A stretch of DNA of 13,140 nt from Gemmatimonadota bacterium (GTDB lineage Bacteria; Latescibacterota; UBA2968; UBA8231): positions 1 through 13,140 of the forward strand of contig JAYOYH010000088.1 of the NCBI GenBank assembly GCA_038153405.1, given 5' to 3'. The notes beneath the pieces were generated by a model. That model was given only the letters and a program-made list of their open reading frames with translations. It searched no databases and was not told the DNA's origin. The position numbers and the translations under genes are program-made. Every line of letters begins with the position of its first letter. Positions within the stretch are counted from its first letter, which is position 1. Below, piece after piece: positions 8,979-13,140 of this stretch.

Positions 8979-9443
8979 TCAGAAGCCGTGAGCCGGTTCC
9001 ACTGCGAAAAACAGCAATCTCAACACCATGTTGCCGTACACGCCGGCAATCACATCGTCAACGACAATGCCCCAGCCACCCGGTAGCGCTTCCAACTGGC
9101 GCGCGGGTGCGGGTTTGATGATATCCAACGCGCGGAACACGAAGAAACCGGCGATGGCCGTCCACCATCCCACGGGCAAGAGCGCGACGGTGACGAGAAA
9201 ACCTACGCCCTCGTCAACGACGACGCGTCCCGGGTCTTTGCCCCATTCTTTCGCCGTGACATCTGCGGTGTATACAGCGACAAAAAAACTGACAACCAGC
9301 AGCAGGCTCCAACCCAACGCCCCTAGCGGCTCGGCGACCAAAAAATACAGGCAGTAAAAAAGGGCAGCCACTGCCGTGCCCGCCGTTCCAGGCGCAATGG
9401 GCGCATAGCCAGAATAGAATAAAGTAGCTACGATCTTATACAG
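8979..9443 (-). CDS. pgpA: Phosphatidylglycerophosphatase A
   Basis: [19 protein letters not shown] and [13 protein letters not shown] motifs. The frame continues upstream of the track start (9371) through [12 protein letters not shown]. Start tentatively placed at the CTG at 9443 (see findings). Confidence 0.88.
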   Translation of the reverse strand: MYKIVATLFYSGYAPIAPGTAGTAVAALFYCLYFLVAEPLGALGWSLLLVVSFFVAVYTADVTAKEWGKDPGRVVVDEGVGFLVTVALLPVGWWTAIAGFFVFRALDIIKPAPARQLEALPGGWGIVVDDVIAGVYGNMVLRLLFFAVEPAHGF

Positions 9444-9460
9444 AGCGCGGTCTTCCCCGG

Positions 9461-10084
9461 TTAATGTTGCGCATCCGTTCCCTTGATAGAGAAGCTAGCG
9501 CGAAATGCGTAGTGCAGGCCCGATAGAACCGTGAGCACGAGCACCACCGACATCAGGCCATTGGCGAGCATATGCACTTTTTCTCCGTCGAGGAAGAGGC
9601 CCTCGTCGAAAAAGTGGGCCGTGGTTTCCCGAACTCCAATGACAAAGAGCAACACGACTACCGCGAATAGCTGCACCCCTGTTTTCCACTTTGCCAGTCG
9701 CGAGGTGGCCATCTGGCGACCGCGCGACAGTCCATACAGCCGCATAAACGTAATGAATATGTCGCGGGCGACTATCGGCACGACCAACCACCAGTTGACC
9801 ATCCGATCAAATACAAAGGCGATGAGCGCCGAAGTGACCAGTACCTTGTCAGCAAGCGGATCTAAGAAGCGCCCCAGCGGCGTTACCTGGTTGCCCCGAC
9901 GAGCCAATTTACCGTCGTAAAAGTCCGTTAGCGAGGCGAGGGCAAAGACGACAAAAGCCATGCTCTTCCAGTACCACACATCGGCAAACAGCAAGAGCAA
10001 GAAAACCGGCGTCAGGCCTATGCGCAGTGCGGTAAGACAGTTCGGAAGATTTAGTATTTCGCGCCGATCCATAGTCGGATGCAC
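9461..10084 (-). CDS. pgsA: CDP-diacylglycerol--glycerol-3-phosphate 3-phosphatidyltransferase
   Basis: NLPNCLTALR, CDP-alcohol phosphotransferase motif TDFYDGKLAR...GRFLDPLADK, KWKT, several hydrophobic segments. Start is GTG at 10084 or ATG at 10072. Confidence 0.9.
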   Translation of the reverse strand: MHPTMDRREILNLPNCLTALRIGLTPVFLLLLFADVWYWKSMAFVVFALASLTDFYDGKLARRGNQVTPLGRFLDPLADKVLVTSALIAFVFDRMVNWWLVVPIVARDIFITFMRLYGLSRGRQMATSRLAKWKTGVQLFAVVVLLFVIGVRETTAHFFDEGLFLDGEKVHMLANGLMSVVLVLTVLSGLHYAFRASFSIKGTDAQH

Positions 10085-10087
10085 CCG

Positions 10088-10684
10088 TTAGAGAGAAGAC
10101 CTTCCCGCAAAGGCATGAGTCAGCGTCACGCGATCGGCCAGATCTAGGTCTGCGCCAACCGGAAGGCCGCGCGCCGGCCGCGAAACGCGGGCATGAGGCG
10201 ATAGCAGTTGGTGCAAATAGCTGGCCGTTGCCTCGCCTTCCGGTCCGGCATTGAGCGCAATGATTACCTCGCTCGCCTGCACGCGCTGCACGCGCGCTAC
10301 CAGTTCGCCAATGCGCAAATCTTCGGGGGCTATCCCCTCCAGCGGCGAAAGCACCCCACCCAATACGTGGAACACCCCTCGGTGTATTTGGTTTGCCTCG
10401 AGAACCAGCACATCGCTGGCCTCCTCAACGACGCAGATACACTGTCCGTCGCGCCGTTCGTCCCGGCAGATGGCGCAGCGCTCGCTGCTGCGCTCCGTAA
10501 AGTTAAAGCATTCACTGCAGTGCTGAATGCCGTCCTTGGCTTCGACTAGGGCGCGCGCCAACAGTTCCGCTTCTTCGCGCGGTCTCTTAAGCACGTGCAG
10601 CGCTAAACGCTGCGCAGTGACTCGCCCAATGCCCGGCAGTTTGGCAAAGGCTATAATTAACTCTTCTAACGGTGCTGGTCCCAT
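10088..10684 (-). CDS. recR: Recombination mediator RecR
   Basis: LPGIGRVTAQRLA (HhH), C4 zinc finger CSEC...CAIC, Toprim ICVVE, HVLGGVLSPLEG, EGEATA. GGAGGAG SD upstream. Confidence 0.96.
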   Translation of the reverse strand: MGPAPLEELIIAFAKLPGIGRVTAQRLALHVLKRPREEAELLARALVEAKDGIQHCSECFNFTERSSERCAICRDERRDGQCICVVEEASDVLVLEANQIHRGVFHVLGGVLSPLEGIAPEDLRIGELVARVQRVQASEVIIALNAGPEGEATASYLHQLLSPHARVSRPARGLPVGADLDLADRVTLTHAFAGRSSL

Positions 10685-10708
10685 CGTTTCTCCTCCAAGG
10701 GCAGCGCG

Positions 10709-12442
10709 TTACACTAGCTCGCCGTCAAAGGCGTCCAGTACGGATCGCACTGTCGGATCCCCTTCGGGTGCATCAGCTTTTTTTTTTGCCTTGCCCGCTT
10801 CATCCGTTCCACCGGCTACGACGCAGGTTAAACGCACCGAGCCACCCAGTCGCTCCGCGCAGATAGCCTCAATGCTTTCGCGGTTTTTTACGACCTGGGC
10901 CATGGGAAAGCGATCGTCAGCGGCAAAACCCAATTTGACCGACTTGCCCTCGACGGCCAAGAGCTGGGCCCCCTTGAGAAAGATGGCCAGTGCTGGCTGC
11001 ACGGCGCGCACGGCATCGACGAGCTCGTCCCAGCGCGCGGCGAGCTGCTCCAAGCTCATATCGGCGCCGGCCGCCTCGGCATCCTGCGTCGATTCGCTCG
11101 GCGACGGGGCCGTTGGTGGCTCGTTCACTTTGTGTGCTGCGGGCGCGGACACAGCCGATTCTGTTCGGTCCGGCACAGCGTTGGGCGCAGCGGACTCGGG
11201 GCGGGACGGCGCGCTGTTGGGCGAGGTCGGTGCAGCGCCACTTTTGGGCGCAGATGCAGGCGGTCGCTCACCCTGCCCGGCAGCGACGGAGGGCGGCAGA
11301 ACAGTTCCATTCTCGAGCGCTTTCAGCCGCACCAAGAGCTCGCCGACGTCAACGGCACGCCCCATGAGCGCCAGGCGCACCAGCGCCAGTTCCAGCCGAA
11401 AGCGCGGCGAGACCGAGCGCTTGAATTCGCTCTCGAGATCCATAAGAACCTGGAGCATGCGCATAAGGTCCTCGACGGCAAATGCCGCAGCCAGCGCCTC
11501 GTAGCGCTGGCCATCCTCTTCGGCGACGTCCAACTCCGCGGCGGAACCCTGCACGTTGGCCAATAGCACATAGCGCACCCGTTCGACGAGGCCATGCGCG
11601 AATTCCTCAACTTCGGCGCCGGCTTCGATTGCGCGCTCGATGCAGTCCAATACGCCGCCGGGGGCAGATGCGTGGATCGCTTCGATCAATTCGAAGTATA
11701 CCGCGCGATCGACTAGCCCCAGCACGTGCTCGACGGCGTCGACAGAAATGCCATCGGCATCGAGCGAAACGACCTGGTCGAAGAGGCTCTCGGCATCGCG
11801 CAGCGCCCCATCGGCGCGGTTGGCGAGAACAAAGAGCGCGCGCTCGTCGGCGCGAATACCCTCATTGTCGGCGATCAGGCGCAGGTGCTGGGCGATTCGC
11901 CCTGCAGATACGCGGCGAAAGTTAAAGCGCTGGCAGCGCGACAAGATCGTGTCCGGCACGGCCTGCACTTCGGTCGTGGCAAAGATAAATACGACGTGTG
12001 CTGGCGGCTCTTCCAATGTTTTCAACAGGGCGTTAAAGGCCGCCGTCGAAAGCATGTGCACTTCGTCGATGATGTAGATCTTGTAGGTGCCCTCTGTAGC
12101 GGCATAGCGCACGACCTCGCGCAGTTCGCGGATGTCCTCAACGCTATTGTTCGAAGCGCCGTCGATTTCCAGCACGTTCATGCTGGTTCCAACCGCTATG
12201 CTTTTACAGGACTCGCACGCGTCGCAGGGGTCGGCACCGTCGCGCGCAGAGCAGTTGAGCGCCTTGGCCAAAATGCGCGCCGTCGTGGTCTTGCCCACGC
12301 CGCGCGGACCGCAGAGCAGATAGCATTGGGCAATGCGCTCGGAGAGGATGGCATTCTTCAGCGTAGTGGTGATGTGTTCCTGCGCCACCACCTCGTCGAA
12401 TTTGCGTGGACGCCATTTGCGCGCTGTTACCTGATAAGCCAT
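10709..12442 (-). CDS. dnaX: DNA polymerase III subunit tau/gamma
   Basis: ARKWRP, GPRGVGKTT, zinc-binding Cys cluster, IDEVHML, LKTLEEPP, SRCQ, Pro/Ala/Ser-rich linker, C-terminal FDGEL tail. Confidence 0.97.
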   Translation of the reverse strand: MAYQVTARKWRPRKFDEVVAQEHITTTLKNAILSERIAQCYLLCGPRGVGKTTTARILAKALNCSARDGADPCDACESCKSIAVGTSMNVLEIDGASNNSVEDIRELREVVRYAATEGTYKIYIIDEVHMLSTAAFNALLKTLEEPPAHVVFIFATTEVQAVPDTILSRCQRFNFRRVSAGRIAQHLRLIADNEGIRADERALFVLANRADGALRDAESLFDQVVSLDADGISVDAVEHVLGLVDRAVYFELIEAIHASAPGGVLDCIERAIEAGAEVEEFAHGLVERVRYVLLANVQGSAAELDVAEEDGQRYEALAAAFAVEDLMRMLQVLMDLESEFKRSVSPRFRLELALVRLALMGRAVDVGELLVRLKALENGTVLPPSVAAGQGERPPASAPKSGAAPTSPNSAPSRPESAAPNAVPDRTESAVSAPAAHKVNEPPTAPSPSESTQDAEAAGADMSLEQLAARWDELVDAVRAVQPALAIFLKGAQLLAVEGKSVKLGFAADDRFPMAQVVKNRESIEAICAERLGGSVRLTCVVAGGTDEAGKAKKKADAPEGDPTVRSVLDAFDGELV

Positions 12443-12499
12443 GGATGTCGTCAGAAGTGGACGTGGAGGCGGGAGGGTTCAGACGCCTGGAGCAAACGA

Positions 12500-12552
12500 T
12501 GCAGAGCCTCTATCCGCGAACCCCGCAAGGGATGCGAGATAGAGACTCTGCA
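12500..12552. repeat. Inverted repeat / stem-loop between the SRP RNA and dnaX
   Basis: Arms tgcagagcctctatc (12500-12514) and gatagagactctgca (12538-12552) are complementary at 14 of 15 positions; the exception is a U-G wobble in the minus-strand RNA. Inner ccc-gcaa-ggg stem-loop. Confidence 0.8.
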
Positions 12553-12558
12553 ATAAAA

Positions 12559-12830
12559 AGGCCGTGCACCCATCTTCGATCTCGACCTCCTGTTTTCCCA
12601 GCGACAGTTAGCTCCAATCGGACCGCTCTGCGGCACACGCGGAGAAATTCTTACCGCTGCTACCTTCCGGTCCTGACGGGGTTCAGAAACTCCGCATTGC
12701 GCAGAATCCGACTTTCAACGCTACTTATCACCGATCGAACTAGAGAACCAAGCCCTCTGGATGGGAATTCGACCCCGCTATAGCGGATTGCGGGTACAGG
12801 GCACCGCTATCTCCCCATCTAGCACGACCT
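12559..12830 (-). ncRNA. ffs: Signal recognition particle RNA, large (Alu-domain-containing, Bacillus scRNA-like) type
   Basis: Minus strand has helix 8 GTCAGGACC-GGAA-GGTAGCAGC, a 5' Alu-like block GGGGAGATAGCGGTGCCCTGTACCCGCAATCCGCTATAGCGGG, and a 9-bp closing helix AGGTCGTGC/GCACGGCCT. About 272 nt, in the usual position upstream of dnaX. Confidence 0.95.
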
Positions 12831-12848
12831 ACTATCCAGTAAATAAAA

Positions 12849-12924
12849 TGGTGGAGCAGATGGGGATCGAACCCACGACCTCCAGATTGCGAACCTGGCG
12901 CTCTCCCAGTTGAGCTACTGCCCC
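12849..12924 (-). tRNA. tRNA-Ala (anticodon CGC)
   Basis: GGGGCAG...CTGCTCC-ACCA acceptor stem with the G3-U70 identity pair; anticodon arm CCAGG-TTCGCAA-TCTGG; GTTCGAT T-loop; 76 nt; CCA encoded. Confidence 0.97.
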
Positions 12925-12934
12925 ACACAACATA

Positions 12935-13027
12935 TGGCGGAGAGAGAGGGATTCGAACCCTCGGTGACGCTATAAACGCCACACACGATTTCCAGTCGTG
13001 CACCTTCGACCACTCGGTCATCTCTCC
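12935..13027 (-). tRNA. tRNA-Ser (anticodon GGA)
   Basis: GGAGAGA...TCTCTCC-GCCA; anticodon arm CACGA-CTGGAAA-TCGTG; long variable arm; G73 discriminator; 93 nt. Confidence 0.97.
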
Positions 13028-13042
13028 ACGATACTACTTTTA

Positions 13043-13134
<92 letters not shown>

Positions 13135-13140
13135 ACTATT

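Noticed and set aside
10883..10889. Second slippery-like heptamer A AAA AAC in dnaX (V-K-N), with a -1 frame stop a few codons later
   Set aside because: Short run that arises easily by chance from Lys-Asn codons, with no clear stimulatory structure. Worth revisiting only if conserved.
11080..11300. Pro/Ala/Ser-rich low-complexity stretch in DnaX
   Set aside because: Typical variable linker of tau subunits; no exact tandem repeat seen.
12461..12486. Faint resemblance of gtggaggcgggagggttc to the reverse complement of a tRNA/tmRNA 3' end (possible att remnant)
   Set aside because: No T-loop consensus or CCA, and no integrase or foreign DNA nearby.
155..12556. Many plus-strand and alternate-frame ORFs in the track (e.g. 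962-1747, 10527-11504, 11726-12556)
   Set aside because: They are antisense or off-frame shadows of well-supported minus-strand genes, expected in GC-rich DNA, and show no recognisable motifs.
12406..13021. ORFs 12406-12783 (+), 12451-12636 (-) and 12740-13021 (-)
   Set aside because: They overlap the SRP RNA and tRNA genes and are spurious translations.

Overview
GC-rich bacterial chromosomal housekeeping region with every supported feature on the minus strand. In transcription order (right to left): tRNA-Ser(CGA), tRNA-Ser(GGA), tRNA-Ala(CGC), a long Alu-domain-type SRP RNA, dnaX, recR, pgsA, pgpA, recA, recX, alaS, a group II-like geranylgeranylglyceryl phosphate synthase (GGGPS), a CpsB/YwqE-like PHP phosphatase, ptsH, ptsI, a sugar-phosphate nucleotidyltransferase and the first 17 codons of metK (not in the ORF track). 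I saw no mobile elements or CRISPR arrays. Most notable: (i) an archaeal-type ether-lipid enzyme next to an orphan phosphatase with a MinD-like amphipathic tail, in the same gene run as pgsA/pgpA; (ii) an A10 run near the 3' end of dnaX where a -1 shift would remove the putative polymerase-binding tail; (iii) pgpA has no canonical in-frame start codon; (iv) a RecA with unusual substitutions in conserved motifs; (v) a strong hairpin between the SRP RNA and dnaX. The GGGPS motifs loosely suggest an FCB-group-like host, which is inference only. All family calls come from motif recognition, not database searches.
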